Shown piece by piece: positions 26,970-39,550 of a stretch of DNA of 39,733 nucleotides. The notes beneath the pieces were generated by a model. It was not told the DNA's origin, made no database searches, and was given only the letters and a program-made list of their open reading frames with translations. The stretch comes from an uncultured Bacilli bacterium (GTDB lineage: Bacteria > Bacillota_I > Bacilli_A > RF39 > UBA660). A program made the position numbers and the translations under genes. The number at the start of each line of letters is the position of its first letter. Position 1 is the stretch's first letter. Location of the stretch: positions 1-39,733 of the forward strand of contig CANQDM010000003.1 in the NCBI GenBank assembly GCA_947591505.1, given 5' to 3'.

Positions 26970-28103
26970 TTACTTTTTAATTGATTCCATATTAACAAGT
27001 TTATAATTACCTTCATAATAGATAAAGTATAATCTATCATTCATTATATCTTGTTTATCTTTACCACTAACAACCATATTTTTTTCTAAATAAACTTTGC
27101 AACTAAAGGCATTATCATTGTAAATTATAAAGTCTTCCACTACTTCATTTGTAAATACGGGATTTTTAAGTCGATGAGAACTTACAAAAGTCCGATCAAT
27201 ATTACGACTCCAATTATAAGCCATTGTATAATAATAAGAATCTTTTATTAAATATGGCATTAATGTATTAAGTCCACCACCTAAATCATTAGTTAAATAT
27301 AAACTCCAATTTTCAGCTAATTTTAAGATATCAAAATCATCTTTAAGGTAACTTTTAGCTTCTTCTAAAGTTTTAACTTTCTTAAATTCTTTAGATACAT
27401 TTATTTTATTATCTTCTACTTTATATTCTACTTCTTTATTATTTTCATCTAATATGGTAATTTCTGGTTTATACACTAAGTTATTTACTTCATAAGTTTT
27501 ACTTTTTTCAATTTCAATATATTCAGTTAATCTTTCTAAGCCTGCAACATCACCTTCTGATACAATATCATCTTTACTTAAAGTATTACCATTTACTTTA
27601 ACAGTATATTTTTCTGGTACTTTTATTTCATAAGCATAAATGCCTTTATCAAAATAATTTTGGTAATCAACTACATCCCATTCATCTATTGTTAGTATAG
27701 CCATTCTTTTATAAGAATTAACGCTTTTAATAGATACTGTACTAATTAATTTATCGTTATTATATAAATCATAGGCATATACTTCATCTTTACTTAATTT
27801 AGTGTTTTTCTTAATTTTTAAATCATCACTTTTATATAATTTTTTAATACCATCACTTATTTTAGCATTACTTTTTTCATATTTAGATACCGTAAACGAA
27901 TCATCTTTAACATCTTCGGTTAGTTTTCCAGAAGTTGCTAAATATTTAATATAATTATCGACTAAATTTCTTTCATATAAAACCATACTATTATAAACAT
28001 ATACTAAAATAAAGAAACCACATACTAATAAAAGTAGAGTATATAATATTAATGATTTTTTATATAAACTTTTTCTTTGCCATTTTCTAAATAATTTTGC
28101 CAT
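26970..28103 (-). CDS. Membrane-anchored hypothetical protein
   Basis: One N-terminal TM helix; start MAKLFRK after GAGGT RBS. Confidence 0.75.
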   Translation of the reverse strand: MAKLFRKWQRKSLYKKSLILYTLLLLVCGFFILVYVYNSMVLYERNLVDNYIKYLATSGKLTEDVKDDSFTVSKYEKSNAKISDGIKKLYKSDDLKIKKNTKLSKDEVYAYDLYNNDKLISTVSIKSVNSYKRMAILTIDEWDVVDYQNYFDKGIYAYEIKVPEKYTVKVNGNTLSKDDIVSEGDVAGLERLTEYIEIEKSKTYEVNNLVYKPEITILDENNKEVEYKVEDNKINVSKEFKKVKTLEEAKSYLKDDFDILKLAENWSLYLTNDLGGGLNTLMPYLIKDSYYYTMAYNWSRNIDRTFVSSHRLKNPVFTNEVVEDFIIYNDNAFSCKVYLEKNMVVSGKDKQDIMNDRLYFIYYEGNYKLVNMESIKK

Positions 28104-28105
28104 AA

Positions 28106-29146
28106 TTACCTCTTTTCTACGACAAAGCCGGTAGGAAGTCGCCATGATGAATTAGAATAATATAAAGTAACTGAAGTCATTTCGTATTTACCATCATAAT
28201 ACATGGAAGATGATGAACCACCATCAATATTGGCAGCATTAACAGCCCCATATTCTTCCATTATTTCAATTAAGTCTTGGGCAGTTGCTCCTAAGTGTCC
28301 TGAGGCACCTCTTCCATCGGTAACTAAAAGTAAAACTGTACCATCAGCTCTTTGGCCAATAGCTGTTCTAGGATTAGCCCCACTTCCAGAGCCATTAACT
28401 TCTCTAGCCTCGCCATTGATAATAAGTTTAACAAAGTGGTTATTTGCATCACTTGCTTCTTCTTGGAAGGCAACAGCATCTCTAATTTTTTCCTCTTTAA
28501 TTACACTTTCTACTTGACTAGCATTTTTACCACTTAAATCAATTATTTTAAGTAAATTATCCTCATTAAAACCGACTAAATACATGCCTCTTATACCAGC
28601 TGGACTATTATATTCAATTTTACCATCTCGCACTACTAGTCCCATAGGTCTTCCGCCAGCATTACCATTAGAATAATAAAGACCACCATTAACACCCGCA
28701 AAAGCATCGGCATCATTTACTAATTTATCTAAAGTAACACCATAAGTTTTCCATGAGCCATCGTAAATAGTCGCCAGTTTTACTCTAGAAGGATCATTAA
28801 CTATAATCATTTTGGCAAAATATGTACTACCAGAAATTTCGACGAGTTCAATACCATCTTTATCTTTATTTCCCTCGGTATCAATTAAACTATTATCCAT
28901 TTCTTCGTCAAATGATGCCATTGAATTGCTATCAACTATTTCTTGGACTTTTTTATCACTCATAAATAGTTTTACCACAAATTTCATTTGGCCAGTTTCA
29001 AGCATAGTTGTGACAAATAAATTACGAGCATGCTCAGATGGACCATAACAAAATATTAAACCAGCTGAATAAACCACTACTAATAAAACGACTAAAAATA
29101 TGCCAATAAAACTAAAAAATTTGCCAATAAATTTTAATACTTTCAT
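28106..29146 (-). CDS. Phosphodiester glycosidase (NAGPA) family protein
   Basis: VNGG, NPRTAIGQ, VTDGR, NIDGGSS motifs. Confidence 0.88.
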   Translation of the reverse strand: MKVLKFIGKFFSFIGIFLVVLLVVVYSAGLIFCYGPSEHARNLFVTTMLETGQMKFVVKLFMSDKKVQEIVDSNSMASFDEEMDNSLIDTEGNKDKDGIELVEISGSTYFAKMIIVNDPSRVKLATIYDGSWKTYGVTLDKLVNDADAFAGVNGGLYYSNGNAGGRPMGLVVRDGKIEYNSPAGIRGMYLVGFNEDNLLKIIDLSGKNASQVESVIKEEKIRDAVAFQEEASDANNHFVKLIINGEAREVNGSGSGANPRTAIGQRADGTVLLLVTDGRGASGHLGATAQDLIEIMEEYGAVNAANIDGGSSSSMYYDGKYEMTSVTLYYSNSSWRLPTGFVVEKR

Positions 29147-29229
29147 AAACTATCAATCCTTACTACTTTTTATTTACGCCTATTAAAATATTACCATATA
29201 AGACATTTTAGTTCAAGAAAAAATAGTAG

Positions 29230-30673
<1,444 letters not shown>

Positions 30674-30745
30674 CTAAATAATTATAGCAAAACTTGACAA
30701 TTTTAACAATATCTGTTAAAATAAACGCTAATTTTAAAGAAAGGG

Positions 30746-31201
30746 GTGTTTTTAATGGTATATCAAAATTATTTAGATTGTCATTATAATATTGATACAA
30801 TGAAAAAATTCTATCAATTTATTGATTTTACCAATTTTAAATTGCTTACTCAAGATAGAATAATTGAGTTAGATCAAAAAGCAGCTAAAATTAAAGGCGA
30901 AATGGCTAAATATAGAAATAGAATGTCAGTTATGGGAATAGTTGCTAATAGATTAATGGCATCATCACAATCTTTAGGATTAAAAAATGGTGATGAAATA
31001 GCCTATTTCTATATAAAAGTTGTTGATGATAATTTATTATATTTAGAACTTGCCAATATTGCTACTGATAAAGAAGAATTAAAAGATCTATGTATAAGAA
31101 AATTTGGCGTTTATGATAATGTTATTATTCATCTTGAAAAATATTTAGTTAATCGTCTAGATTCATTACAAATAGAAAAAGATGATGAATTAACTATTTA
31201 A
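30746..31201 (+). CDS. Hypothetical protein
   Basis: 151-aa ORF with promoter TTGACA-17-TAAAAT (30694-30722). Confidence 0.65.
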   Translation: MFLMVYQNYLDCHYNIDTMKKFYQFIDFTNFKLLTQDRIIELDQKAAKIKGEMAKYRNRMSVMGIVANRLMASSQSLGLKNGDEIAYFYIKVVDDNLLYLELANIATDKEELKDLCIRKFGVYDNVIIHLEKYLVNRLDSLQIEKDDELTI

Positions 31202-32225
31202 TAAACATAGCATCGCCGAAAGAGAAGAATCGATAGTTCTTCTCTTTTGCTATTTCATAAGCATTTAAGATATATTCTCTTTTAGATAAGGCACTAACTA
31301 ACATTAAAAGAGTACTTTTAGGCAAATGAAAATTAGTAATTAAACCAGCAATAGCCATAAATTCAAACCCAGGATAAATAAAGATATCAGTATTACCACT
31401 ACACTCTTTAAATTCACCATACTTATGCATAACTGTTTCAAGTACTCTAGTACTAGTTGTACCAACTGCATAGATAGATCTATGCTCTTTTTTTGCCTTA
31501 TTTAAAATATCTGCAACATCCCTTTTCATTTCATAATATTCAGAATGCATATGATGTTCTTTGATATTTTCTACTTCAACAGGTCTAAATGTACCTATAC
31601 CTACATGCAAAGTAACATAGCACACTTCTACACCCATATCTTCTATTTCTTTAAGTAATTCTTTGGTAAAATGTAGTCCTGCCGTTGGAGCTGCTGCACT
31701 ACCCAAATATTTGGCATAAACAGTTTGATAACGATCTTGTTCTTTTAAAGTTTCGTGAATATACGGAGGAAGTGGCATTAAGCCAATTCTTTCTATAATT
31801 TCTAAAAATATTCCTTGATATTTAAAATTAACTCTAATAATTCCATCTTCTAATTTCTCTACTACTTCACATTCTAGAGTCTCACTAAATTTAATAATTG
31901 TCCCAATATGTAATCTTTTACCCGGGCGAGCTAAACATTCCCATATATCATCTTCTATATTTTTTAATAATAATACTTCAATACTTGCATCAGTATCTAT
32001 CTTTTTACCCATTAATCTGGCTGGTAATACTTTTGTATCATTTAATACTAATACATCACCTTTTTTTAAATAATTTTTAATATTAAAAAACCTAGTATGT
32101 TCTACCTCACCAGTTTCTTTATTTAAAATCATTAATTTTGATTCACTTCGATTTTTAATTGGACTTTGAGCAATAAAACTACTATCAAGTTCATAATTAT
32201 AATCATTGATATCCATAATATTCAC
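31194..32225 (-). CDS. queA: SAM:tRNA ribosyltransferase-isomerase
   Basis: NDTKVLPARL, PLPPYI, AAPTAGLHFT, TNFHLPKSTL, YRFFSFGDAM. Confidence 0.97.
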   Translation of the reverse strand: MNIMDINDYNYELDSSFIAQSPIKNRSESKLMILNKETGEVEHTRFFNIKNYLKKGDVLVLNDTKVLPARLMGKKIDTDASIEVLLLKNIEDDIWECLARPGKRLHIGTIIKFSETLECEVVEKLEDGIIRVNFKYQGIFLEIIERIGLMPLPPYIHETLKEQDRYQTVYAKYLGSAAAPTAGLHFTKELLKEIEDMGVEVCYVTLHVGIGTFRPVEVENIKEHHMHSEYYEMKRDVADILNKAKKEHRSIYAVGTTSTRVLETVMHKYGEFKECSGNTDIFIYPGFEFMAIAGLITNFHLPKSTLLMLVSALSKREYILNAYEIAKEKNYRFFSFGDAMFIK

Positions 32226-32265
32226 ATCCCTTAAGTATTATAAAGAAAAAAGGACTAAAAGTCCA

Positions 32266-32703
32266 TTATTTATGTATTATTTTTTGAAAGTATGGGTTAT
32301 CTTGATAATAGATATTAAAAAATTCTCCACCTTCATTAAGCATAATATCATCATAACTAGTATCTTGATGCCATTTTAACTTTTGCATTAATTCATTGAT
32401 GGGATAATTTTGCGGAGAACATAAACACATAAATCTTGCATAATCCGAAAAATTATAACCATCTAATACTAATTTATTTAACACATAAGTTGCAATATCT
32501 AAATGTCTATATTGTGGAAGTATCATAATATCTATTGTTATATTATTAAATGTAGGTGATAATCCTACTAATCCCAGTAATTTATTATCATAATAAATAC
32601 CCTTTAAATTATCTGAATAAACAAAATTTACAAAACCATTTAAATTTTCTTTAGATATTTGTAAAAAATCTTCTTTTAATACGGGAACAATCTCTATATT
32701 CAT
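32266..32703 (-). CDS. GNAT family N-acetyltransferase
   Basis: ILPQYRHLDIAT motif A-like; N.P...L.QKL.W. Confidence 0.6.
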   Translation of the reverse strand: MNIEIVPVLKEDFLQISKENLNGFVNFVYSDNLKGIYYDNKLLGLVGLSPTFNNITIDIMILPQYRHLDIATYVLNKLVLDGYNFSDYARFMCLCSPQNYPINELMQKLKWHQDTSYDDIMLNEGGEFFNIYYQDNPYFQKIIHK

Positions 32704-33368
32704 AATAAATCTTTAACTTTATTAAATAATTCTTCTTCTATATCAGGAATAGTTCTAATACTATTATTTTTTACACACTCAATTTTAATAAAATTAAATA
32801 AATCAGCCATTTCTAGATATGCCCTTTCCGCATTTCTTATATTTTCTTCCGAAGTTTCGTGTTGATCTAATTCTTTTCTATTCTTTTGTAAACTTTTACT
32901 ATATTCATAAGGCATATGTAAAAATATTTCTATATCTGGTCTTGGTAATTCAAGTAAATCATATTCTAATTTTTCAAGCCATTTAAACATTTTAAGTCTT
33001 TCTTCTTTATCTTTTATTTTACCGGCTTGATGACCCATATTACTTGTTACATAGCGATCTAATATTACAATATAGTCTTTATTTAAATATTCATTTATAA
33101 TATCTACGTTATATAATCTATCTGCTGCATAATATAGAGATGCTACTTTAGCCGGCACATTATTAGCGCCTTCCTTAAACCAACCTTCGCAAATACTTTG
33201 TTTACCTAAATATGGTCCACCAACTATTTTACCAGTTGGCGTATCATACATGGGAAAAGAAAGTTCTACTACTTTATAGCCTTCTTTTTCTAAATTTTCT
33301 TTTAGAAGTTTACTTTGCGTCCCTTTACCAGAACAATCAGTGCCTTCAATTAACAATAATTTTCCCAT
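32700..33368 (-). CDS. tmk: Thymidylate kinase
   Basis: IEGTDCSGKGTQ P-loop, YAADR, ILDRY. Confidence 0.88.
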   Translation of the reverse strand: MGKLLLIEGTDCSGKGTQSKLLKENLEKEGYKVVELSFPMYDTPTGKIVGGPYLGKQSICEGWFKEGANNVPAKVASLYYAADRLYNVDIINEYLNKDYIVILDRYVTSNMGHQAGKIKDKEERLKMFKWLEKLEYDLLELPRPDIEIFLHMPYEYSKSLQKNRKELDQHETSEENIRNAERAYLEMADLFNFIKIECVKNNSIRTIPDIEEELFNKVKDLL

Positions 33369-33369
33369 T

Positions 33370-34062
33370 TCACTCACCTATTTCTGTCCCTATATTTTTA
33401 CCAGCAAAATAATCATTTATTTTCGCATAATTATTAATATTCATTACCAATATCTTAGTTTTCGTTTCTTGACACTTTTTAATGGCATATAAATCCATTA
33501 CTTGATATTCTTTATCTAGTACTTCTTTATAACTTAAATAATCAAATTTTATTGCATCTTTATTATTTTTAGGATCATCACTATAAACACCATCAACATT
33601 AGTCATTTTAATTATAAGGTTAGCATCTAAAATATCTCTAGCTAGTATTGTACCAGAATCAGTAGAATAACCACTTAAACCAATACCACCACCAAAGATA
33701 ATAACACTTCCTTTATCATATAATTTTTTTAATTCTTCTCTACGATAATTTTCTATTAAATTAGGAAAATCAAATGGTGTACTTATAATATTTATAATAT
33801 TATGATTATCTAAATAATCTTTAACATATAAAGCATTCATTACTGAACCAAGCATACCTATCGTATCTCTGGTAACTTTTGCCATATCCTCGTGTTCCCT
33901 TCCGCGAAAAAAGTTACCTCCTCCAATTACAAGAGCAATTTCATGATTATTTGCTTGTAATAATTTAATCGTTTTTAAAATAATAGCTAGCTTTTCTTTA
34001 GCCACTAATTCATCTTGATTTTTTAATGCTTCCCCACTAAATTTTAAAATTACTCTACTCAT
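33370..34062 (-). CDS. pyrH: Uridylate kinase (divergent)
   Basis: LKFSGEAL, VIGGGNFFRG, D.IGML, NVDGVYSDDP, VMD. Confidence 0.85.
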   Translation of the reverse strand: MSRVILKFSGEALKNQDELVAKEKLAIILKTIKLLQANNHEIALVIGGGNFFRGREHEDMAKVTRDTIGMLGSVMNALYVKDYLDNHNIINIISTPFDFPNLIENYRREELKKLYDKGSVIIFGGGIGLSGYSTDSGTILARDILDANLIIKMTNVDGVYSDDPKNNKDAIKFDYLSYKEVLDKEYQVMDLYAIKKCQETKTKILVMNINNYAKINDYFAGKNIGTEIGE

Positions 34063-34547
34063 TTATTTAGCCTTTCATATATAACAAAATCATAAGCTAT
34101 ACCATTTTCTTCTGAATGATTAATCATATTCTTTTGCCAATTACGATAATTAATCTTTGGAAAATAACTATCAGCAATCTTATCCTCAGCATTAATCTCT
34201 GTTAAATATAATTTATCTGCTATATCAATAAATAATTGATAAATAGAAGAACCACCAATTACAAAGTATTCTTCATCATCTTTTAAATCTTTTATTAACT
34301 TATTTATATCATCATAAACTAAAATACTTTGATCAGTTATTTTATCTTTATTATTTTTAGTAATAACAATATTTAAACGATTGGGAAGTGCTTTACCTAT
34401 TGACTTATAAGTATTAAAGCCCATTATTACTGGGTGATTCATCGTTGTTTTTCTAAAATATTGCATATCTTCTTTTAAGTGCCAAATAAGTTCATTATTT
34501 TTGCCTATTTCGCCATTTTTACCAATGGCCGCGATCAAAGAAATCAT
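34059..34547 (-). CDS. folA: Dihydrofolate reductase
   Basis: IG.NN.L.WHL.ED, VIMG, LPNR.NIV, VIGG, D.YFP. Confidence 0.95.
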   Translation of the reverse strand: MISLIAAIGKNGEIGKNNELIWHLKEDMQYFRKTTMNHPVIMGFNTYKSIGKALPNRLNIVITKNNKDKITDQSILVYDDINKLIKDLKDDEEYFVIGGSSIYQLFIDIADKLYLTEINAEDKIADSYFPKINYRNWQKNMINHSEENGIAYDFVIYERLNK

Positions 34548-35395
34548 ACAGCCACCGGCATAGATATTTTACCATGATGTTCATAATCAATTAGTTTAAT
34601 ATCTTTAAGTTCTTTCGAATTATCAAATTGATAAAAATCTTTTATTTCGGGATTTAGCCATAATTTTGGAGCTTTAAAATCACCAAGTTCATGATATCTT
34701 TTAATTTGCTCTTTAATCCCATCGATTTGATTAACATAGATATGCAAATCTTTCGCATTATAATATAATTTACCTGGTTTTAATCCTGTTACTTGGGCAA
34801 GCATATGAATTAATACTGCATATTGGCATATATTAAATGGCATACCTAAAGGTACATCATTACTCCGGCATGTTACAATAGCATTAAGTTTGCCATCCGT
34901 AACATCCCACATGGAATTCCAAACACATGAAGGTAAAACAGCTGTATCTAAATAATCATCTTGCCACAAACTCATAATCATTCGTCTGTCAGTTGGATTT
35001 TCTTTTATTTTTTTAATTAATTTATCAGTTAAATTAAATTTATTTACAATATAACCATAAGCTGTCCCAATAGTATGGGCATATTCTTTTGGAAATACTC
35101 TATCTTGATAATGTCCATCTTCATCAATTTCCCATTCATTCCATATTTTAACGCCTCGTTCTTGAAGCCATCTTACATCATTAGATTTAGCTTGATAAAA
35201 CCAAAGCATTTCTAATACTGCTGATTTAAATGCTACAAATTTTGTAGTTAAAATTGGAAATTCTTCTTCTAAATCAAATTCAAATGATTTAAAAGGTATT
35301 TTAATAGTATCAATTCCCGTTCTATTCTTTACTTTAACACCTTTATCTAGAATTTCTTCACATAATTCAATATATTTTTTATCCCACTTCGACAT
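34544..35395 (-). CDS. thyA: Thymidylate synthase
   Basis: NRTG, LPSC, RSND..LG.PFN, H.Y.N. Confidence 0.95.
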   Translation of the reverse strand: MSKWDKKYIELCEEILDKGVKVKNRTGIDTIKIPFKSFEFDLEEEFPILTTKFVAFKSAVLEMLWFYQAKSNDVRWLQERGVKIWNEWEIDEDGHYQDRVFPKEYAHTIGTAYGYIVNKFNLTDKLIKKIKENPTDRRMIMSLWQDDYLDTAVLPSCVWNSMWDVTDGKLNAIVTCRSNDVPLGMPFNICQYAVLIHMLAQVTGLKPGKLYYNAKDLHIYVNQIDGIKEQIKRYHELGDFKAPKLWLNPEIKDFYQFDNSKELKDIKLIDYEHHGKISMPVAV

Positions 35396-35404
35396 ATTTT
35401 ACTC

Positions 35405-36628
35405 CTAATAATGAAGAGGATATTTAGAAGTTAATTCTAATACCTCTTTAGTAAGTTTATCTAATACATCTTCATTATCTTTATTCCTTAAAGCTTCATC
35501 GATAATATGAGCTACTTGAACAAATTCTGATTCTTTAAATCCTCTTGTAGTCATGGCAGGTGATCCTATTCTAATACCACTTGCTACCATTGCTTTTTCA
35601 GTTTCATTTGGAATAGTGTTTTTATTTACCGTAATATGTATTTGATCAAGAAGAATTTCAGCTTCTTTGCCAGTAATACCGACACTACCTTTAACATCAA
35701 GTAAAATTAAATGATTATCAGTGCCACCACTTATAACGTGATATCCTAGTTTAATAAATTCATCACTCATTGCTTTAATATTTTTTATAACTTGTTCTTG
35801 ATAAGTTTTAAATTCTGGTTGCAAGGCTTCATAAAAACTTTGCGCCTTTGCCCCAATTACATGCATAAGTGGACCACCTTGAATACCCGGAAAAATAGTT
35901 TTATTAATTTTTTTAGCTATTTCTTCGTTATTAGTTAAAATAATGCCACCTCTTGGTCCTCTTAAAGTTTTATGTGTAGTTGATGTAACAACATCAGCAT
36001 AAGGAATTGGTGATGGATGAAGTCCTACTGCAACAAGTCCGGCAATATGAGCCATATCAACAAACATATAAGCTCCTATTTCATCACAAATTTCTCTTAT
36101 CTTTTTAAAATCAATTATTCTTGAATAGGCTGATGCTCCCGCAATAATCATTTTAGGTTTTTCTTTTAGAGCTAACTCTCTTAATGAATCATAATTAATC
36201 ATTTCTGTTTTTGGATCAACATCATAACTAACTATTTCATAGTCAATACCACTAAAATTTAAACTATAACCATGAGTTAAATGACCACCATGATTTAAAT
36301 TCATTCCCATTACTTTATCCCCATGATTAAGTAATGCCCGATAAACAGCCATATTAGCACTAGAACCACTATGAGGTTGAACATTAGCATATTTACAATC
36401 AAATAATTTAGTTGCATATTCAATTGCTTTATTTTCAAAGATATCAATATATTCACAACCACCATAATATCTTTTATTAGGATATCCTTCAGCATACTTA
36501 TTAGTTAAAATACTACCTTGTATTTTTAATACATCTTTTGATACATAATTTTCTGATGCAATTAATTCAATATTTTCTTCTTGTCTTTTTCTTTCTAATT
36601 TTAAAGCCTCTTCTAAATATTTATCCAT
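35405..36628 (-). CDS. glyA: Serine hydroxymethyltransferase
   Basis: [26 protein letters not shown]. Confidence 0.98.
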   Translation of the reverse strand: MDKYLEEALKLERKRQEENIELIASENYVSKDVLKIQGSILTNKYAEGYPNKRYYGGCEYIDIFENKAIEYATKLFDCKYANVQPHSGSSANMAVYRALLNHGDKVMGMNLNHGGHLTHGYSLNFSGIDYEIVSYDVDPKTEMINYDSLRELALKEKPKMIIAGASAYSRIIDFKKIREICDEIGAYMFVDMAHIAGLVAVGLHPSPIPYADVVTSTTHKTLRGPRGGIILTNNEEIAKKINKTIFPGIQGGPLMHVIGAKAQSFYEALQPEFKTYQEQVIKNIKAMSDEFIKLGYHVISGGTDNHLILLDVKGSVGITGKEAEILLDQIHITVNKNTIPNETEKAMVASGIRIGSPAMTTRGFKESEFVQVAHIIDEALRNKDNEDVLDKLTKEVLELTSKYPLHY

Positions 36629-36654
36629 TTTATTACCTCCACTATTTCTAAATA

Positions 36655-37485
36655 TTATTCAATACTTTCTAATATATTTTCAAAAATCATCGCTACTGTC
36701 ATTGGCCCAACTCCACCAGGAACAGGCGTAATGTATGATACTTTATCTAAAACATTATCAAAGTCAACATCTCCAACAACTTTACCATCTACTCTCGATA
36801 TTCCCACATCAATTACAATAGATCCATCTTTAAGCATATCTTTTGTAATAAATTTAGGAATGCCAACAGCACTAATAACTATATCAGCATTTTTAGTTAT
36901 TTCTTTTAAATTATTAGTGTAGGAATGACACATACAAACTGTGGCATTCCTACTAATTAATAAATTAAATAAAGGTTTACCTACTATAATACTTCTATTT
37001 ATTAAACATATATTTTTACCTTCTAAATTAATATGATAATAATCAAGTAATTTCATAATACCTTTAGGAGTACACGATATATGACTAGGTTTACCTAAAA
37101 CTAAATTACCTAAAGATATATTAGAAAAACCATCAATATCTTTACCTGGTTTAATTTTATTAAAACATTTTATAATATCTATTTGTTTTGGTACAGGACT
37201 TTGTAAAATAATACCATTAACATTATCATCATTATTTAATTTATCAATTAAACTAATAACTTCTTCTTCTGTTGCGTTTTCTTCTAAATGATATAATTTA
37301 CCATCTACCCCTAATTCATCACATTTTTTTAATTTATTTTTTATATATATTTCACTTGCTTCATTATTGCCAACCCAAATAATAGCAAGTCCTAATTTTT
37401 TATCTAATTTACTTAATTTTGCTTTTACTTCATTAAGTACTTCTGCACTTACTTTTTTTCCATCAAGTAATTCCAAATTTATCAC
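36655..37485 (-). CDS. folD: Methylene-THF dehydrogenase/cyclohydrolase
   Basis: [28 protein letters not shown]. Confidence 0.96.
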   Translation of the reverse strand: MINLELLDGKKVSAEVLNEVKAKLSKLDKKLGLAIIWVGNNEASEIYIKNKLKKCDELGVDGKLYHLEENATEEEVISLIDKLNNDDNVNGIILQSPVPKQIDIIKCFNKIKPGKDIDGFSNISLGNLVLGKPSHISCTPKGIMKLLDYYHINLEGKNICLINRSIIVGKPLFNLLISRNATVCMCHSYTNNLKEITKNADIVISAVGIPKFITKDMLKDGSIVIDVGISRVDGKVVGDVDFDNVLDKVSYITPVPGGVGPMTVAMIFENILESIE

Positions 37486-38492
37486 TCCTTAAACAAACCA
37501 ACATTATAAGAATAATCTAGGCTTTTATATGCTTTTTCGGTGGCAATTCGACCACTTCTGGTTCTTTTAATGAATCCTTCTTGTAAAAGATATGGCTCAA
37601 CAACATCTTCTACTGTGGTAACTTCTTCCCCAATACTAGTAGCAATAGTTTCAACTCCTACTGGTCCTCCATTAAACTTTTCGATTAAACTAGTTAAATA
37701 TTCTCTATCGATATTATCTAGACCGTCTTCATCGACTTTTAATCTTTTTAAAGCTTTTTGCGTTATCTCTAAATTAATTACTCCAGTACCTTCAACTAAA
37801 GCAAAATCTCTAACTCTTTTAAATAAACGATTAGCAACTCTTGGTGTCTTTCTACTTCTTTTAGCTATTTCCATTGCAGCATCATCATCTACTTTTATAT
37901 TAAAGACATTACCACTTCGCTTTACTATATTTTTAAGTTCTTCAAAGGTATAATATTCTAATTTTGCAACTATCCCAAATCTATCTCTTAAGGGACTTGA
38001 TAAATCACCTGAACGTGTAGTAGCGCCGACTAAAGTAAATGGTGGTAAATTTATTTTAATACTTTTACTTTTGCCTTCTCCCCCAATTACAATATCTAGT
38101 TCAAAATCTTCCATGGCGGGATATAATATTTCTTCAATATATGATGGCATCCTATGAATTTCATCAATAAATAAAACATCTCCTGGTTCCAAATTAGATA
38201 AAATGGCTGCTAAATCACCAGTTTTCTCAATTGATGGCCCACTTGCAGTTCTAAGGGTTGAACCTAGTTCATTAGCAATAATATGTGCAAGAGTTGTTTT
38301 ACCAAGTCCAGGAGGTCCATATAATAAAACGTGATCTAATGGTTCATTACGCATTTTCGCAGCTTTAATAAACACTCTTAAATTCTCTTTTATTTCATCT
38401 TGACCAACATATTCATCTAAATTTTCCGGTCTAATACTTTTTTCAAAAATATCTTCTTCTTGTGGATTGGCATCAAAAATTCTTTGTTCCAT
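37482..38492 (-). CDS. ruvB: Holliday junction helicase RuvB
   Basis: [34 protein letters not shown]. Confidence 0.98.
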   Translation of the reverse strand: MEQRIFDANPQEEDIFEKSIRPENLDEYVGQDEIKENLRVFIKAAKMRNEPLDHVLLYGPPGLGKTTLAHIIANELGSTLRTASGPSIEKTGDLAAILSNLEPGDVLFIDEIHRMPSYIEEILYPAMEDFELDIVIGGEGKSKSIKINLPPFTLVGATTRSGDLSSPLRDRFGIVAKLEYYTFEELKNIVKRSGNVFNIKVDDDAAMEIAKRSRKTPRVANRLFKRVRDFALVEGTGVINLEITQKALKRLKVDEDGLDNIDREYLTSLIEKFNGGPVGVETIATSIGEEVTTVEDVVEPYLLQEGFIKRTRSGRIATEKAYKSLDYSYNVGLFKE

Positions 38493-38566
38493 AATAACCT
38501 CCTGTATGCTAATTTCATTCTATCATTTTTAAAAAATATTTGCAAGATATTTTTGCAAACATTTGT

Positions 38567-39121
38567 TTATTTCAATAATAATTTCAATGCTTCTTTTACT
38601 TGTTCTTCTAAAGTCTTGGAATGATCTATCATATTAATAATTTTTTTAATTTCAACACTCTTATATCCTAAATTTTCAAGTACACTAATTAATTCTTCTA
38701 AACTATTATCTTCTTCTACTTCTACATTTGAAGTAACTTTTCCTTTTAAATCTAATATAATTTGTCTAGCTAATTTTTCTCCTATTTTAGGAAACTTAGT
38801 TAAATATAGTATATTTTCTTTATTAATGGCATCAACTATGCCATTAATTGAACCTGTTGCAAATATACCTGATGCTACTTTTGGTCCCATTCCTTTAACA
38901 TTAATAAGTTTCATAAATAATTCTTTTTCTTCTATACTTTTAAACCCATATAAAGAATATTCATCTTCTCTAATATGATTATATACATATACTATATAAT
39001 CTTTGCCTATTTCATAACTAAATGGATTAGGTACAAATATTTTATAACCTATGCCATTTACATCTATTACAATACTATCACTATTAGCTTCCTTTATTAT
39101 TCCATTAAAATAACTATACAT
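38567..39121 (-). CDS. ruvA: Holliday junction protein RuvA
   Basis: DVNGIGY, RED...LYGF, VKGMGPK, L.NLGY. Confidence 0.96.
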   Translation of the reverse strand: MYSYFNGIIKEANSDSIVIDVNGIGYKIFVPNPFSYEIGKDYIVYVYNHIREDEYSLYGFKSIEEKELFMKLINVKGMGPKVASGIFATGSINGIVDAINKENILYLTKFPKIGEKLARQIILDLKGKVTSNVEVEEDNSLEELISVLENLGYKSVEIKKIINMIDHSKTLEEQVKEALKLLLK

Positions 39122-39193
39122 ATTACCTTCACCATTTTAATTTTATCAAATTGGCTTGTTAAAGTCTATTAATAATTAGAAAAATATTTTACT

Positions 39194-39230
39194 ATACTAA
39201 AAGAGTGAAATAATATCACTCTTTTAGTAT
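39194..39230. repeat. Perfect 15-bp inverted repeat, terminator-like
   Basis: ATACTAAAAGAGTGA, 7-nt loop, TCACTCTTTTAGTAT. Confidence 0.75.
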
Positions 39231-39503
39231 TAATCTTCAACAAAATATTTTTTGACTTAATATCTTGCTTTTTTAGGCATAAGAATTAATTTAAAATCTT
39301 GTGGGACACTTTAGACAATCTATAGATTGCCTTCTATAATGAATAAATTCATTATATACAATTTTCTTTTACCAAAACCACATTTGTCGGACTATCCAGA
39401 AGCCTTAGACACCTAGGGCGATATTAATCGTTTTTACTCTAAGATACTTACCTTCGGACAGTTTTTAAATAAAGAACTTCCCGAACATTTTATTATGAAA
39501 CTT

Positions 39504-39541
39504 AAAAAGGTGCTTATATCTCTTCTTTAGCACCTTTTTTT
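39504..39541. terminator. Bidirectional terminator-like hairpin
   Basis: AAAAAGGTGCT/AGCACCTTTTT with T-runs on both strands. Confidence 0.6.
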
Positions 39542-39550
39542 ATACTCTTT

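Noticed and set aside
28203-29048. Plus-strand ORFs antisense to the glycosidase gene, and similar shadow ORFs at 1365, 10974, 14253, 16440, 16731, 20844, 37540
   Set aside because: They overlap well-supported genes and show no recognisable motifs
32226-32265. preQ1 riboswitch upstream of queA
   Set aside because: Only a short GGACT/AGTCC terminator and a probable -10; no preQ1 aptamer consensus seen
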